The notes under the pieces are model-generated. The model searched no databases, was not told the DNA's origin, and saw nothing but the letters and a program-made list of their open reading frames with translations. 64,000 nucleotides of DNA from an uncultured SAR86 cluster bacterium (lineage in GTDB: Bacteria > Pseudomonadota > Gammaproteobacteria > Magnimaribacterales > D2472), in NCBI GenBank assembly GCA_902594515.1, contig CACJML010000002.1, positions 128,911-192,910 of the forward strand, read 5' to 3'. This document shows positions 20,330-32,269 of this stretch, one piece after another; position 1 is the first letter of the stretch; each line of letters opens with the position of its first letter. Made by a program: the position numbers and the translations under genes.

Positions 20330-20359
20330 AAAAAAAAGGGGTGCAAAAGCACCCCTTTT
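20330..20359 (-). terminator. Rho-independent terminator after hupB
   Basis: A8-GGGGTGC-AAAA-GCACCCC-TTTT on + strand. Confidence 0.88.
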
Positions 20360-20378
20360 ACTAAATTAAAAGCTTAGA

Positions 20379-20657
20379 TTAAGAGCCTTTTACTTTGTCT
20401 TTAAGACCTTTACCAGCTTTAAAACCTGGAACCTTTGATGCAGGAATATGCATTGGAGCTCCTGTTTGTGGGTTTCTGCCATCTCTAGCAGCTCTATGCC
20501 TTACAGAAAAAGTACCAAAACCAACTAGTGAAACTGAATCACCACTCCCAAGTGCACCACCAATGGCATCAAGTGTTGCGTCGACAGCTCTGGCAGCTGA
20601 CGCCTTTGTTAGATCAGCAGAACTTGCAACTGCATCAACTAAATCAGATTTATTCAT
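20379..20657 (-). CDS. hupB: DNA-binding protein HU
   Basis: '[11 protein letters not shown]', 'VSLVGFGTF', 'RDGRNPQTG', 'VPGFKAGK'; SD GAGGAG; follows lon. Confidence 0.95.
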   Translation of the reverse strand: MNKSDLVDAVASSADLTKASAARAVDATLDAIGGALGSGDSVSLVGFGTFSVRHRAARDGRNPQTGAPMHIPASKVPGFKAGKGLKDKVKGS

Positions 20658-20693
20658 ATTATCTCCTCTCGTTAGATATGATTGCTATAACCT

Positions 20694-20722
20694 ATGTAAG
20701 TCGATATAGGTATAAATGTCAA
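20694..20722 (-). promoter_or_regulatory. Sigma70-like promoter for hupB
   Basis: Minus strand TTGACA-N17-TTACAT. Confidence 0.5.
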
Positions 20723-20738
20723 GTTTATAAACCTATTG

Positions 20739-23150
20739 CTAGTGGGATTTTTGCTTAGGTACTGATGATTTAGGTTTAGATTTCAAGGTTGACGGACTTG
20801 ATTTTAATTGCCGTTTTGATGATTTAGCTTTGGGCTCATCTGTAAGTGCAAGTGAAATTACTTCATCAATCCATTTAACAGGGTGGATTTGGAGAGCCTT
20901 CGTGATTTGTTTTGGAAACTCTTTTAACTCAGGAAAATTTTCTTCAGGAATAATTACTTGCTTAATGCCAGCGCGCTTTGCAGCTAGGAGCTTTTCTTTT
21001 AATCCTCCAATTTTTAAAACCTGACCATGTAGCGTTATTTCTCCTGTCATAGCTGTATCTGATCTTATGGGAATGTCGGTGAGAACCGATATTAAAGCCG
21101 TGCACATACCTATTCCGGCACTTGGGCCATCTTTAGGAGTAGCGCCCTCAGGTACATGAATGTGAATATCTAATTTTTCATGAAATGAGGGATTCAGTCC
21201 TAGAATTTTGGATCTTGATCTAACAACAGTCAGTGCCGCCTGAATAGATTCTTGCATGACGTCTCCAAGAGAACCTGTCTTAATGATCCTACCTTTTCCA
21301 GGAACTTTGGAGGCTTCAATGGTTAGCAGTTCCCCGCCAACTTCTGTCCAAGCTAACCCTGCAAGCTTTCCAATACTATCTTCCTTATCAGCTGTACCGA
21401 ATTGGAACTTTCTTACACCGTTATACCTTTCTAAGTTTTTGGATGTGATATTGGTTTCTGGAAGTTTTTTACTACTCAGCTCAATTTCTTTAACAGACTT
21501 TCTTAGAACTTTTGAAATCTGCCTTTCAAGACCTCTTACGCCCGCTTCACGCGTGTAATATCTTATTAAATCTAAGATTGCTTTATCATCAAAATTAACT
21601 TCATTTGAAGCAAGTCCATTTCTTTCGAGCTGCTTTGGTATCAAATACTGTTTGGCAATATTTAATTTTTCATCTTCAATATATCCTGGGATTCTTATGA
21701 TCTCCATTCTATCAAGCAGTGGGCCTGGAATATTTAAACTATTTGCTGTACAAACAAACATAACCTCAGACAGATCAAAATCAACCTCAAGATAATGATC
21801 AGAGAATGTAGAGTTTTGTTCGGGATCTAAAACCTCCAAAAGTGCTGAGGCAGGATCGCCACGAAAATCCATTCCCATTTTATCTATTTCATCCAACAAA
21901 AAGAGAGGATTTTTTGAATCAGCCTTAGATATCTTTTGAATAATTTTTCCTGGCATTGAACCTATATATGTTCTTCTGTGACCACGGATTTCGGCCTCGT
22001 CTCTTACACCACCTAAGGACATTCTTATAAACTTTCGATTGGTTGCATTTGCAATGGATTGACCTAAAGATGTTTTACCAACTCCTGGTGGACCAACCAA
22101 ACAAAGCACTGGCGCTTTGAGTTTTTTTACTCTTTTTTGCACCGCAAGATATTCTAGGATTCTCTCTTTGATTTCCTCTAAGCCATAATGATCACTATCA
22201 AGTACGGATAGTGCATTTTTAATATTTGATTTAATCTTAGTTTTCTTTTTCCATGGCAAATTTGAGACCCAATCAAGATAAGACCTTACAACCGAAGCTT
22301 CTGCTGACATGGGCGACATTAGTTTAAACTTAGAAAACTCACTCATAGCTTTTTTTAGGGCCTCTTTTGGCATGCCAGATTTTTTTATTTGTGTTTCTAG
22401 TTGAGAAATTTCATCGCCCTCTTCTGAAATATCTCCCAATTCCTTTTGAGCAGCTTTGATTTGTTCATTGAGGTAGTATTCTCTTTGAGATTTCTCCATC
22501 TGTTTTTTTACTCTATCTCTGATTTTTTTATCTACATCAACCGCATCTATTTGTCCTTGTATCAAACTGATAAGCATATCTGCTCTTTTTGATAAATCCT
22601 CACATTCTAAAATAGATTGAGCATCTGAAATTGAAATAGGAAGATGAGATGCTACAGAGTCAATAACTCTTGTTACATCATCGAATGCATCAATGCTTGA
22701 AAGGACTTCAGGAGCTACTTTTTTTGTGACTTTAATAAAATCTCCAAACTTGCCTTTGATAAAGTTACATAAGTTTTTATTATCAGCAGGATCCAGCTGA
22801 GATTCAGGAATAATTTTTACTTGGGCTTTTAGAAAATCTTTTTCTTTTAGAGCTTTCAGGGCCTTGCATCTATGATCGCCCTCGACCAATAACTTTACTG
22901 TTCCATCAGGAAGCTTGATTAACTGCAAAATGGTGGCAAGGGTTTGAACTTTATAAATTTCATCAAATGAAGGATTGTCTATTGAGCCATCGATCTGAGT
23001 TCCTAAAAGAATCTTTTTGTTAGCAGCCATTGCTTGATTAAGAGCATTGATTGATGGCTCTCTCCCAACAAATAAAGTCGTAACATTACCTGGAAATACA
23101 ACAACATCCCTTAATGGTAATAAAGGTAAATCATATTTAACTGCAGGCAT
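20739..23150 (-). CDS. lon: ATP-dependent Lon protease
   Basis: '[10 protein letters not shown]', Walker A 'GPPGVGKTS', catalytic 'PKDGPSAG', 'IGGLKEK'. Confidence 0.97.
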   Translation of the reverse strand: MPAVKYDLPLLPLRDVVVFPGNVTTLFVGREPSINALNQAMAANKKILLGTQIDGSIDNPSFDEIYKVQTLATILQLIKLPDGTVKLLVEGDHRCKALKALKEKDFLKAQVKIIPESQLDPADNKNLCNFIKGKFGDFIKVTKKVAPEVLSSIDAFDDVTRVIDSVASHLPISISDAQSILECEDLSKRADMLISLIQGQIDAVDVDKKIRDRVKKQMEKSQREYYLNEQIKAAQKELGDISEEGDEISQLETQIKKSGMPKEALKKAMSEFSKFKLMSPMSAEASVVRSYLDWVSNLPWKKKTKIKSNIKNALSVLDSDHYGLEEIKERILEYLAVQKRVKKLKAPVLCLVGPPGVGKTSLGQSIANATNRKFIRMSLGGVRDEAEIRGHRRTYIGSMPGKIIQKISKADSKNPLFLLDEIDKMGMDFRGDPASALLEVLDPEQNSTFSDHYLEVDFDLSEVMFVCTANSLNIPGPLLDRMEIIRIPGYIEDEKLNIAKQYLIPKQLERNGLASNEVNFDDKAILDLIRYYTREAGVRGLERQISKVLRKSVKEIELSSKKLPETNITSKNLERYNGVRKFQFGTADKEDSIGKLAGLAWTEVGGELLTIEASKVPGKGRIIKTGSLGDVMQESIQAALTVVRSRSKILGLNPSFHEKLDIHIHVPEGATPKDGPSAGIGMCTALISVLTDIPIRSDTAMTGEITLHGQVLKIGGLKEKLLAAKRAGIKQVIIPEENFPELKEFPKQITKALQIHPVKWIDEVISLALTDEPKAKSSKRQLKSSPSTLKSKPKSSVPKQKSH

Positions 23151-23154
23151 AAAT

Positions 23155-24402
23155 TTAAGAACCTGAAGAGGTTTTCTTTTTCGGAGTTTTATATACTTTT
23201 ATTGGATCCGATTGTCTGGATGCTGCATTTTCATCAACAACAACTTTTTCAAGCTCTTCATTTGGAAGTTCAAACATTGTATCCATTAAGATTTCTTCCA
23301 TGATTGATCTTAATCCTCTGGCACCAGTCTTTCTTTTAATCGCTTGACGGGCAACTTCTTTCAAAGCTGTTTCCTTAAAATCTAAATTTACGGAATCTAG
23401 ATCAAATAAGTATTTATACTGATCAACCAAAGCATTTTTAGGTTCTTGTAAAATTCTTACCAACGACTCTTCATCAAGTTCATGTAATGTTGAAATTACA
23501 GGCAGCCTTCCAACGAACTCAGGAATTAAACCATACTTAACTAAATCCTCTGGCTCAAGCTGATCGACTAAATTTTGAACAGATGCATCTGTATCTTTAA
23601 TAGCTGCTGAAAATCCAATACCTGATTTATCAGTTCTTTGTTTAACAACCTCATCGATACCTGAGAATGCTCCTCCACAAATAAACAAAATGTTTGATGT
23701 ATCAATTTGAATAAACTCTTGTTGGGGATGTTTCCTGCCACCTTGAGGAGGAATTGATGCAACAGTACCTTCGATTAATTTTAATAATGCTTGTTGAACA
23801 CCCTCACCAGAAACGTCTCTAGTAATTGATGGGTTATCAGATTTTCTAGCAATTTTGTCAATTTCATCGATGTAGACAATTCCGAGTCGAGCTTTTTCAG
23901 GGTCATAGTCACATTTTTGAAGAAGTTTTTGGATAATGTTTTCAACATCTTCGCCGACATAACCTGCCTCAGTAAGTGTTGTGGCATCAGCAATGGTGAA
24001 TGGCACATTAAGAATTCTTGCAAGAGTCTGAGCTAGAAGTGTCTTTCCGCTACCTGTTGGTCCCAACAATAAAACATTACTTTTTTGGAGTTCAACAGCA
24101 TCCTTGTTAGATTGATTTTTTAGCCTCTTATAATGATTATAAACTGCAACAGATAAAACCTTCTTAGCCTTTTCTTGACCAATCACATAGTCATCCAATT
24201 GGTTAAATATTTCCGCTGGGGACGGGAGCTCGTTTAGAGTATCTGGATCATCAGCTTTGATTTCTTCTTCAATAATATCATTACACAAATCAACACACTC
24301 ATCACAAATGTATACACTTGGACCAGCAATTAGTTTTTTTACATCCTCTTGATTTTTACCGCAAAAAGAGCATGTTAGTTTTTGATTGTCGCTACTTTCC
24401 AT
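23155..24402 (-). CDS. clpX: ATP-dependent Clp protease ATPase subunit ClpX
   Basis: Zn finger 'CSFCGK...ICDECVDLC', 'GPTGSGKT', 'IGF'-like 'GIGFSA'. Confidence 0.97.
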   Translation of the reverse strand: MESSDNQKLTCSFCGKNQEDVKKLIAGPSVYICDECVDLCNDIIEEEIKADDPDTLNELPSPAEIFNQLDDYVIGQEKAKKVLSVAVYNHYKRLKNQSNKDAVELQKSNVLLLGPTGSGKTLLAQTLARILNVPFTIADATTLTEAGYVGEDVENIIQKLLQKCDYDPEKARLGIVYIDEIDKIARKSDNPSITRDVSGEGVQQALLKLIEGTVASIPPQGGRKHPQQEFIQIDTSNILFICGGAFSGIDEVVKQRTDKSGIGFSAAIKDTDASVQNLVDQLEPEDLVKYGLIPEFVGRLPVISTLHELDEESLVRILQEPKNALVDQYKYLFDLDSVNLDFKETALKEVARQAIKRKTGARGLRSIMEEILMDTMFELPNEELEKVVVDENAASRQSDPIKVYKTPKKKTSSGS

Positions 24403-25021
24403 CTTTAGTATCGTCTCTTGAATCTAGGATATCATCAATAATCCCATATGATTTGGCTTCATCAGCATTTAAAAAATTATCTCGATCAGTGTCTTGCTCA
24501 ATCTTTTTAAGAGTTTTACCTGTATGTTTTGACAGAATTTCATTAACTTTTTGCTTCATCTCTAAGATCTCTTTGGCATGAATTTCTATATCAGATGCTT
24601 GGCCCTGAAAACCACCTAGTGGTTGATGAATCATCACACGCGAATTAGGAAGTGCAAACCTTTTGCCAGCTGCTCCGCCTGCTAATAAAAGAGATCCCAT
24701 ACTTGCTGCTTGTCCAACACACAAGGTAGCAACCTCTGGCTTAACAAACTGCATCGTGTCATAAATTGCAAGTCCAGATGAAATGATTCCACCTGGAGAG
24801 TTAATATAAATACTTATGTCTTTTTCAGGATTTTCTGATTCAAGAAACAATAATTGAGCAATTACTAAATTGGATATGTAGTCATCGATAGGTCCAGTAA
24901 GAAAAATTATTCTTTCCTTAAGCAGTCTTGAATAAATATCAAAAGCTCTCTCACCTCTGGGTGTTTGCTCAACAACCATTGGCACTAAACCGGAATTAAG
25001 AATGTCAGTTTTATGATCCAT
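24392..25021 (-). CDS. clpP: Clp protease proteolytic subunit
   Basis: '[13 protein letters not shown]', 'YINSPGG', 'GQAASMG', 'MIHQP'. Confidence 0.97.
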   Translation of the reverse strand: MDHKTDILNSGLVPMVVEQTPRGERAFDIYSRLLKERIIFLTGPIDDYISNLVIAQLLFLESENPEKDISIYINSPGGIISSGLAIYDTMQFVKPEVATLCVGQAASMGSLLLAGGAAGKRFALPNSRVMIHQPLGGFQGQASDIEIHAKEILEMKQKVNEILSKHTGKTLKKIEQDTDRDNFLNADEAKSYGIIDDILDSRDDTKDGK

Positions 25022-25023
25022 AA

Positions 25024-26328
25024 TTATTTTATGTTGGCTAAATCTTTGAATTTTATTTCTCTTACCCTTGATTTAAGCTCATTTTTCAATTTTTCAATAA
25101 GCAGTTCTTCTAAAATGATCATTTTATAATTTTCGAGCTGTTTGGGTTGAGATTTAATCCATGTCTTAAATTGGTCTGGATCTTTATATTTTTTTGCTTC
25201 CTTCTCAACAAACTCATCAACCTTTTCTTGATTAACTTCCAATTTAAAAAACTTTACAAACTCACTAAACAGTAAATCCAATTTAACCCTTTTTTCTGCA
25301 TTTTCTAAGAAAGTATCTAAGGGAAATAAATCCTCCGGCGCTTCATCAGCTTGTTGACCCATTCTCATTAATGAGTCTTTTCGCATTAGAGTGGCCTGCT
25401 CATTTATAACTGAACTAGGCGCAGAAAACTTATTTACCTCAAGTAACAAGTCATAGATAGATTCTTTTGTAAGAGAATCTTCTTGCTGCTTAACTTCTTG
25501 TTGCATTCTTTTTTCAATTTCTGCCTTAAAGTTCTGCTCATTTTTAACTTCTTCCATTGCCAAAGACTTATAAAGCTCTTCATTGATGGTTGCATTTTGC
25601 TTTTCTTGAACTTTATTTACTTTGATTAAGAAATTTGCATTTTTTCCAGCAAGATCACTTTTAAAATAATCGTCTGGAAATTTAACTTCTGCATTAAATT
25701 CATCATTTATTTTCTTACCGATAATTGCATCCTCAAAACCTGGAATCATGGATTTGGATCCTATTACCAGTGCAAAGTCTTTAGATGAATTTCCCTCAAA
25801 CTCTTCACCGTCAACAGTACCTGCGAAGTCAATAATGACTTGATCTTTCTCTAAAGCAGCTCTGTCAACATCCTTCCAAGTACCATAGCGCTCCAAAATA
25901 TCTGCTACAGCAAGATCAATATCATCACTTTCAATAGTAATCTTTGATTCCTCAAAAGACTTCCATCTAGTAAGTTTGGGTTTAAATTCTGGAAAAACTT
26001 CGAATTCTGCTGAATACACGATACCCTTTTTAGGATCCTCAGAATCGATGCTGATGTTAGGTGAAGACGCAGGTTTGATTTCTTTTTCAGCTATCTCAAG
26101 CGGGTAAGTTTCCTGAATTACTTCATTCAATACTTCATAGTGAATTGAAGGTCCATATTTTTGAACTAGCACATCGTTTGGTACTTTACCTTTTCTAAAT
26201 CCATCAAGCTTTACGGTAGACCTAATCTTATTAAGCTTAGCCTGATATTTATCATCGTATTTTTTAGTCTCGACATTTACAGTCAACTTTCGATTTAGAT
26301 CTTTGAGTTTTTTTAGTTTACTGGTCAT
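25024..26328 (-). CDS. tig: Trigger factor
   Basis: Ribosome-binding '[10 protein letters not shown]', FKBP domain 'IDFAG...[12 protein letters not shown]'; real start 26328 because the track start runs through tRNA-His. Confidence 0.92.
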   Translation of the reverse strand: MTSKLKKLKDLNRKLTVNVETKKYDDKYQAKLNKIRSTVKLDGFRKGKVPNDVLVQKYGPSIHYEVLNEVIQETYPLEIAEKEIKPASSPNISIDSEDPKKGIVYSAEFEVFPEFKPKLTRWKSFEESKITIESDDIDLAVADILERYGTWKDVDRAALEKDQVIIDFAGTVDGEEFEGNSSKDFALVIGSKSMIPGFEDAIIGKKINDEFNAEVKFPDDYFKSDLAGKNANFLIKVNKVQEKQNATINEELYKSLAMEEVKNEQNFKAEIEKRMQQEVKQQEDSLTKESIYDLLLEVNKFSAPSSVINEQATLMRKDSLMRMGQQADEAPEDLFPLDTFLENAEKRVKLDLLFSEFVKFFKLEVNQEKVDEFVEKEAKKYKDPDQFKTWIKSQPKQLENYKMIILEELLIEKLKNELKSRVREIKFKDLANIK

Positions 26329-26346
26329 AAGTTTATATCTAATTGA

Positions 26347-26424
26347 TGGGGCGAGCGATGGGGTTCGAACCCACGGCCTCCGGAGCCACAATCCAGCGCT
26401 CTAACCAACTGAGCTACGCCCGCC
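26347..26424 (-). tRNA. tRNA-His (GUG), with encoded G-1 and CCA
   Basis: Reverse complement GGCGGGCGTAGCTCAGTTGGTTAGAGCGCTGGATTGTGGCTCCGGAGGCCGTGGGTTCGAACCCCATCGCTCGCCCCA; anticodon GTG, C73 discriminator. Confidence 0.95.
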
Positions 26425-26488
26425 ATGCAAAAGGGTCACATTATAAGAGAAAAATCATATAATCTATACAATTAATGGGGGAGATTGG

Positions 26489-27892
26489 ATGACAAAGCTT
26501 TCTATGCTCGAATCAACAAATCGTTTAATTGATAAAGCACTTAAGTATTCCGATGTATCGCCAGATATTGCTCATCGAATTAAAGTTCCTAATGCCACTT
26601 ATTCAATTAATTTTGGGGTAAGGCTGCGCGATAAAATTCATACATTTACTGGTTGGCGATGTGTTCATTCAGAGCACATGGAGCCGGTCAAAGGTGGTAT
26701 CAGATATGACCTTGATGCAAATCTTGAGGAAGTAGAGGCATTAGCAGCATTAATGACTTATAAAAATGCAATTATTGAAGTTCCTTATGGGGGATCAAAA
26801 GGTGGATTAAAGATTGATCCAACTGAGTGGACTGAAAATGAGTTAGAAAGAATTACAAGACGCTTTGCTCAAGAGCTAATTAAGCGAGATATGATTGATC
26901 CAGCAAGAAATGTCCCTGCTCCTGATATGGGAACCGGATCTAGAGAGATGGCCTGGATAGCAGACGAGTACAGAATCATGAATCCTGCAGATATAAATGC
27001 TAAAGCATGCGTAACGGGAAAACCTGTCGGTAAAGGAGGAATAGCAGGCAGGGTTGAAGCGACTGGCAGAGGTGTGCAATTTATTATTAGAGAATTTTTT
27101 AGAAATCCTGATGATTTAAAGAAATTGGAACTCAAAGGCACTCTTAAGAATAAAAAGATCGGTATTCAGGGTTTTGGTAATGTTGGCTATCATGCCGCTA
27201 AATTTTTACAAGAAGATGATGAAGCAAAAATTATTTCAATTATTGAGTTCAATGGGGGTCTAATAAATCCTAAGGGCATCAACGTCGAAAAAGCTAAATT
27301 ATTTTTTAGTAAACATGGAACTTTTAAAAATTGTCCTGAGGGCAAGTTCCAAGAAAATACAGATAGTATGTTAACTGCGGAGTTCGATATTCTAATTCCG
27401 GCTGCGAAGGAAAATGTTATCGATCAAAAAAATGCTAAAAACATTAAATCTAAATTAATTGTTGAGGCTGCCAATGGACCAATTAGCTTTGAGGCTGATG
27501 AGATTTTAAATAAACAAGGTGTGATTATTATTCCTGATATTATTGCCAATGCTGGTGGTGTCGCGGTGAGTTATTTTGAATGGGTTAGGAATCTTCGTCA
27601 TATTCGATTTGGCAGATTAGAAAAACGAAGAAATTTTACTCAACTTCAATCCATGATTGATGCAGTTGAAAGCATGACAGGAAAATCCATGCCCAAAGCA
27701 TTTAAGGATAAATTTAATAATGGTGTTGAAGAAATCGATCTAATTCGCTCAGGACTAGATGACATGATGCGAGAAGCATACCAAAAAGTTCGTGATGTAA
27801 TGATTGAATCCAAGATACCAGATCTGAGAACAGCAGCCTACAAAGCAGCCATTGATAAAATTGCAATTTCTTACGAAACGATTGGTCTATAA
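26489..27892 (+). CDS. gdhA: Glu/Leu/Phe/Val dehydrogenase, animal-GLUD-like glutamate dehydrogenase
   Basis: 'PVKGGIRY', 'VPYGGSKGG', 'VPAPDMGTG', 'VTGKP', NAD-binding 'GFGNVG', 'EAANGP'. Confidence 0.9.
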   Translation: MTKLSMLESTNRLIDKALKYSDVSPDIAHRIKVPNATYSINFGVRLRDKIHTFTGWRCVHSEHMEPVKGGIRYDLDANLEEVEALAALMTYKNAIIEVPYGGSKGGLKIDPTEWTENELERITRRFAQELIKRDMIDPARNVPAPDMGTGSREMAWIADEYRIMNPADINAKACVTGKPVGKGGIAGRVEATGRGVQFIIREFFRNPDDLKKLELKGTLKNKKIGIQGFGNVGYHAAKFLQEDDEAKIISIIEFNGGLINPKGINVEKAKLFFSKHGTFKNCPEGKFQENTDSMLTAEFDILIPAAKENVIDQKNAKNIKSKLIVEAANGPISFEADEILNKQGVIIIPDIIANAGGVAVSYFEWVRNLRHIRFGRLEKRRNFTQLQSMIDAVESMTGKSMPKAFKDKFNNGVEEIDLIRSGLDDMMREAYQKVRDVMIESKIPDLRTAAYKAAIDKIAISYETIGL

Positions 27893-28534
27893 AGCTGTTG
27901 GGAATAAGACCGAATTATTATCAGATGAACTCCAAACATCATATTTATTCATGATCTGCTGAAACAAAGAAGAATCTTCAAATTGAGTCAATAGCTTGAT
28001 AACTTTTAAGTATTTCTGATTAAAAAAATAATCATTATCGGCTATTTTAAACTGTCTAATAAAAGGTAATATTGAAATATCTAACAAGCTAACTTCGTCA
28101 GAAAAAATCCATTTACTGTTGGAGATATTTTTATCTAATGCACCTAAAATCTCATCACAGAAATCACGATGATTTTGAGGTTCTGTATTGTATCTTTGAG
28201 AGTATTTGTATCGATCTAAGTGATGCTTAAAGTCGGTATCAAATTCATGGATTGTTTTTAAAGCAAAATCTTGCTGCTCTAAATTTAGAACCATTAATTT
28301 TTTTGAGTTCTGAGATATAGCCCATTGGATAATCTCATTACTCTCCTCAATAACACGATCCTCTAGTTGCAGTACAGGCACAGTGCCTTTGGGAGAAATT
28401 TCTAGCATTTCAGTGGGTTTATTTTTTAAATAGACCTCTCTTAGCTCACACTTAATATCTGCAAGGTAAATAGCCATTCGCGCTCGCATTGCATACGGAC
28501 ATCTTCTGAATGAATAAAGAATCGGTTGCTTCAT
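27887..28534 (-). CDS. Glutathione S-transferase family protein
   Basis: 'LYSFRRCPYAMRAR', 'SPKGTVPVL', 'ESNEI' GST N-domain; 'FKHHLDRYKY'. Confidence 0.88.
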   Translation of the reverse strand: MKQPILYSFRRCPYAMRARMAIYLADIKCELREVYLKNKPTEMLEISPKGTVPVLQLEDRVIEESNEIIQWAISQNSKKLMVLNLEQQDFALKTIHEFDTDFKHHLDRYKYSQRYNTEPQNHRDFCDEILGALDKNISNSKWIFSDEVSLLDISILPFIRQFKIADNDYFFNQKYLKVIKLLTQFEDSSLFQQIMNKYDVWSSSDNNSVLFPTAL

Positions 28535-29469
28535 TTTTGTTCAACTTCCTTTTTTGAGCCAATGTGTTTTTGATTGCGACTTTTTGCAAGATCAATTTGC
28601 ATTTGTCTGTCCGCATATCTTCTTTTTTGTTCCTCAGTCTTATGATCGAAACAATGGGCGCAACTCACACCACGAATAAAATTAGGAGATAACTTATCGT
28701 CTTCAGTGATTGGCATTCTGCATCCATGACATAAATCATATGAGCCTGGTTCAAGCTTATGATTTAGAGCCACCCTATCATCAAACACAAAACATTCTCC
28801 ATTCCAGAGGGATTCCTCAGGCTTAACTTTTTCGAGGTAATTCAAGATCCCTCCTTTGAGATGATAAACCTTTTCAAAGCCTTTATCCTTTAAAAATGAG
28901 CTAGCTTTTTCACATCTAATTCCACCAGTGCAAAACATCGCAATTTTTTTATCTTTGGGTAGTTTAGAGCCTTCAGTTTCAGCCCACTCAGGAAATTCCC
29001 TAAAATTAGTTGTTTCAGGCTGAATAGCTCCCTCAAAACTTCCAATAGAAACTTCATAGGTATTTCTTGTATCCAATACTAGAACATCTTCGTCGGTGAT
29101 GAGTTGGTTCCAATCTAGTGGATCAACATATTCACCAACTTTTTCTCTAGGATTAATTTCACAATTGCCAATGGTTACGATTTCTCTTTTTAATTTCACC
29201 TTAAGTCGAGGAAAAGGCATAAAATCAGCAGAAGAAACTTTAAAATCGCTCTCACTAAATAAATCTTTTTCAAATAAAAAATTTTTGAACTTATCAATAC
29301 TCTTAGATGAGCCTGAAACAGTTCCATTGATACCTTCCTCAGCAAGTAGAACTGTGCCTTTAATGCTCAAACTTTCTAGAAATTCGTAAAACTCAGTTTG
29401 AAGTTCAGACAGCAAAGAAATCTTTGTAAATTTATAAAATGCTGCTATTGAAAAAACTTGGTCACCCAT
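28531..29469 (-). CDS. trhO: tRNA uridine(34) hydroxylase TrhO (YceA/UPF0176 rhodanese-domain)
   Basis: 'GTVLLAEEGINGT', 'DTRNTYEV..G.F', 'MFCTGGIRCEKAS', 'YHLKGGILNY', 'GECFVFDDR'. Confidence 0.88.
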   Translation of the reverse strand: MGDQVFSIAAFYKFTKISLLSELQTEFYEFLESLSIKGTVLLAEEGINGTVSGSSKSIDKFKNFLFEKDLFSESDFKVSSADFMPFPRLKVKLKREIVTIGNCEINPREKVGEYVDPLDWNQLITDEDVLVLDTRNTYEVSIGSFEGAIQPETTNFREFPEWAETEGSKLPKDKKIAMFCTGGIRCEKASSFLKDKGFEKVYHLKGGILNYLEKVKPEESLWNGECFVFDDRVALNHKLEPGSYDLCHGCRMPITEDDKLSPNFIRGVSCAHCFDHKTEEQKRRYADRQMQIDLAKSRNQKHIGSKKEVEQK

Positions 29470-29478
29470 AATAAAAAA

Positions 29479-29555
<77 letters not shown>

Positions 29556-29557
29556 AC

Positions 29558-29634
29558 TGGTCGGGGTAGTAAGATTCGAACTTACGACCACTCGCTCCCA
29601 AAGCGAGTGCGCTACCAGACTGCGCCATACCCCG
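29558..29634 (-). tRNA. tRNA-Pro (UGG)
   Basis: Reverse complement CGGGGTATGGCGCAGTCTGGTAGCGCACTCGCTTTGGGAGCGAGTGGTCGTAAGTTCGAATCTTACTACCCCGACCA. Confidence 0.95.
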
Positions 29635-29713
29635 AGGGTTGTGATATTAATGATAATAAAAGAAATAATCAATCTTCATTGCATATTAAATTTATGATGA
29701 GAAAATATCACTA

Positions 29714-30556
29714 ATGTCATCAATTATTCTTAACGGTAAATCTCTTGCTAGCGATTTTGAATCTGAAATAAAAAAAGAAACCGAGCAACTGATTTCAAGG
29801 GGAATTACTCCCACCCTAGCTACCATTTTGGTGGGTTTAGACCCAGCATCTGCTACTTACGTGAAAATGAAACAAAGCACTTGTCAGCGATTAGGCATGA
29901 AATCTATTGCTGTTGAGCTAGATGAAAAAACGACCACTAGTGAATTATTAAATAAAATTCATGAGCTAAATAAAGATGATTCAGTTCATGGGATTCTGTT
30001 ACAACACCCGGTCCCATCTCACATTGATGAACGCAAATGCTTTGATGCTATCGAATTAGATAAAGATGTTGATGGCGTTACCTGCTTAGGATTTGGTTCA
30101 ATGACGATGCAAGAACCAGCCTATGGATCGTGCACTCCAGCTGGCATTATGCGAATGCTTGAGCATTACGATATCCCAATCGAAGGCAAGCATGCAGTGG
30201 TAGTTGGAAGAAGCCCTATTCTAGGAAAACCTATGGCAATGATGCTTCTGAACGAAAATGCTACTGTCACAATTTGTCATTCCAGAACAAAAAACTTACA
30301 AGCAATTGTTAAAGAGGCGGATATTTTGGTGGGCGCTGTTGGAGTTCCAAAACTCATAAAATCTGACTGGATAAAACCTGGGGCTGTTGTCATTGATGCG
30401 GGCTATCACCCTCAAGAAAAATGTGGTGATATTGATTTAAAAGGAATCGAATCTACAGCCTATGCTTTTACGCCTGTGCCTGGCGGTGTTGGTCCTATGA
30501 CCATTAATACACTTATCTATCAAACACTCCTTTCAGCAAAAAAATTAGTCGAGTGA
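29714..30556 (+). CDS. folD: Methylenetetrahydrofolate dehydrogenase/cyclohydrolase
   Basis: 'ASATYVKMK', 'HGILLQHP', 'KDVDG', '[10 protein letters not shown]', '[11 protein letters not shown]'. Confidence 0.96.
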   Translation: MSSIILNGKSLASDFESEIKKETEQLISRGITPTLATILVGLDPASATYVKMKQSTCQRLGMKSIAVELDEKTTTSELLNKIHELNKDDSVHGILLQHPVPSHIDERKCFDAIELDKDVDGVTCLGFGSMTMQEPAYGSCTPAGIMRMLEHYDIPIEGKHAVVVGRSPILGKPMAMMLLNENATVTICHSRTKNLQAIVKEADILVGAVGVPKLIKSDWIKPGAVVIDAGYHPQEKCGDIDLKGIESTAYAFTPVPGGVGPMTINTLIYQTLLSAKKLVE

Positions 30557-32244
30557 GTGTCCTTCCAGTAATTGTAGGTTACGGCGGAATTAATGCAGCC
30601 GGAAGGTCTGCAGGAGATTATGCGCTTAAGCGGATGGTTTATGAAAATTTATCCAACACCGAAAAGATTAAAACCATCGAATCCTTAGCCCAATTAACGA
30701 GCAATCCCGATGAAAAGTATAATTTAAATAATTCGCTTATCAGAAAACTTTCAAAAAATTTCTTTGAAGAAGTTTCTTACAGAAATCCAAGCCTGCCTGG
30801 TTTAGCAGCTGGACAGCTGCCAACAGGATTTAACCCAAGCGACACATACAACGCAAGACAACATCCAAGGTCTTTAGCTATGTCAATTTTTGCTGCCTCT
30901 GATGCACTTAAAAGCATTGGTCTAAATTGGGATGAAGTTTCTGCAAAGGTGGGTCCAGAAAATGTTTCGTGCTTATCAGGGTGCGCAATCTCAACTGCTG
31001 ATAAATTTGGTATGGGAGGTTTTTACCAAGCACAGCTTTCTGGAGCAAGAACTACCAGCAAACATCTTGCTATGTCTCTGGGAGAAATGAGCGCAGATTT
31101 TGTACATGCATACGTCCTTGGCTCCATGGGTGTCACTGGAAATCACACCGGTGCATGCGCAACCTTTCAATATAACCTCAGCATGGGTATTGATTTAATT
31201 AATTCTGGGCAATCAAAAATATGTTTTGTGGGCGCTGCTGAGAGTGGCTTGGTGCCAGAGGTATATGAGGGTTTTGCTGCAGCAAAGGGGTTGGCAGAAG
31301 ATAAGAATCTTATCAACTTACAGGCACAGCTGAATGAAGATACTGAGGAAGTAAATTACCGAAAAGCATGTCGACCTTTTGGTGAGAATGTTGGAATGTC
31401 TATTGGTGAGTCTGCTCAATTTGTAGTCCTGATGGCAGATGATCTGGCGCTCGAGTTAGGCTGCAATATTTACGGTGCTGCTTTGTCGTCTCATATCCAT
31501 GCTGATGGATATAAAAAATCTATTTCCGGTCCGGGTGCGGGCAACTATATTACGATTGGAAGAGTTCTTAACGAAGTAAGTGATGCATTTGGAACAGATG
31601 CCCTTAATCGAGTTTTAGTGCATGCACATGGAACTGGCACTCCCCAAAACAGGGTTACTGAATCACATATTCTATCCAGTCTTGCCAATGCATTTGGTAT
31701 TGCAGCTATGCCAGTGACTGCAATTAAGTCCCATTTAGCACACTCATTGGCAGCGGCTGGAGGAGATCAACTAACCTCCATGCTAGGTTCATGGCAACTG
31801 GATATTGTCCCAGGTATTACATCCACCCCTGAACTTGCGGAGAATGTTTATAAATCTAATTTAAGTTTTTTACTCAAGAATCAACAGATAGAAAAAACAG
31901 AATATGACTTTGCAATATTAAATGCGAAAGGCTTCGGAGGTAATAATGGCACTTCCCTGATCATGTCACCATTGAAAACTACCGAAATTCTTCAACAAAA
32001 ACATACTGGAAAAAAATGGAAATCATTTAAAAAAATTCAAGAAAATACAATCAATGAACTTGAAAATTTTGATACTGAATTAAGAATGCAACCGCCCATT
32101 GCGAGGTATAAATTTGGAGAAGGAGTGATTGATGGTGAATCTGAACTAGAGTTCTCAAATTCAGACTTGATTATTAAATCTAACAATCAAAAAATTAGTA
32201 TTAAGTCTGAGCTACCATACAAAAAATTCCTTAAGAAGAAATAA
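30553..32244 (+). CDS. Beta-ketoacyl synthase, FabY-like (KAS I/II fold, fatty-acid initiation)
   Basis: N-terminus '[16 protein letters not shown]' resembles Pseudomonas FabY; catalytic Cys 'GACATF', His '[10 protein letters not shown]', His 'KSHLAHS', 'KGFGGNN'; GTG start overlapping folD stop. Confidence 0.78.
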   Translation: MSVLPVIVGYGGINAAGRSAGDYALKRMVYENLSNTEKIKTIESLAQLTSNPDEKYNLNNSLIRKLSKNFFEEVSYRNPSLPGLAAGQLPTGFNPSDTYNARQHPRSLAMSIFAASDALKSIGLNWDEVSAKVGPENVSCLSGCAISTADKFGMGGFYQAQLSGARTTSKHLAMSLGEMSADFVHAYVLGSMGVTGNHTGACATFQYNLSMGIDLINSGQSKICFVGAAESGLVPEVYEGFAAAKGLAEDKNLINLQAQLNEDTEEVNYRKACRPFGENVGMSIGESAQFVVLMADDLALELGCNIYGAALSSHIHADGYKKSISGPGAGNYITIGRVLNEVSDAFGTDALNRVLVHAHGTGTPQNRVTESHILSSLANAFGIAAMPVTAIKSHLAHSLAAAGGDQLTSMLGSWQLDIVPGITSTPELAENVYKSNLSFLLKNQQIEKTEYDFAILNAKGFGGNNGTSLIMSPLKTTEILQQKHTGKKWKSFKKIQENTINELENFDTELRMQPPIARYKFGEGVIDGESELEFSNSDLIIKSNNQKISIKSELPYKKFLKKK

Positions 32245-32269
32245 GCATATCTAATTTTTAGATGTTTAC

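Noticed and set aside
20395-20758. ORFs overlapping hupB (20395-20709 +, 20528-20758 +)
   Set aside because: Antisense shadows of a highly conserved gene
26329-26391. N-terminal extension of tig (MWLRRPWVRTPSLAP...)
   Set aside because: It is the tRNA-His sequence read as codons; the real start is 26328
26425-29478. Possible tRNA-anchored genomic island with att repeats
   Set aside because: No duplicated tRNA 3' end near 26425-26488 or 29470-29478, and no integrase; at most an ancient rearrangement
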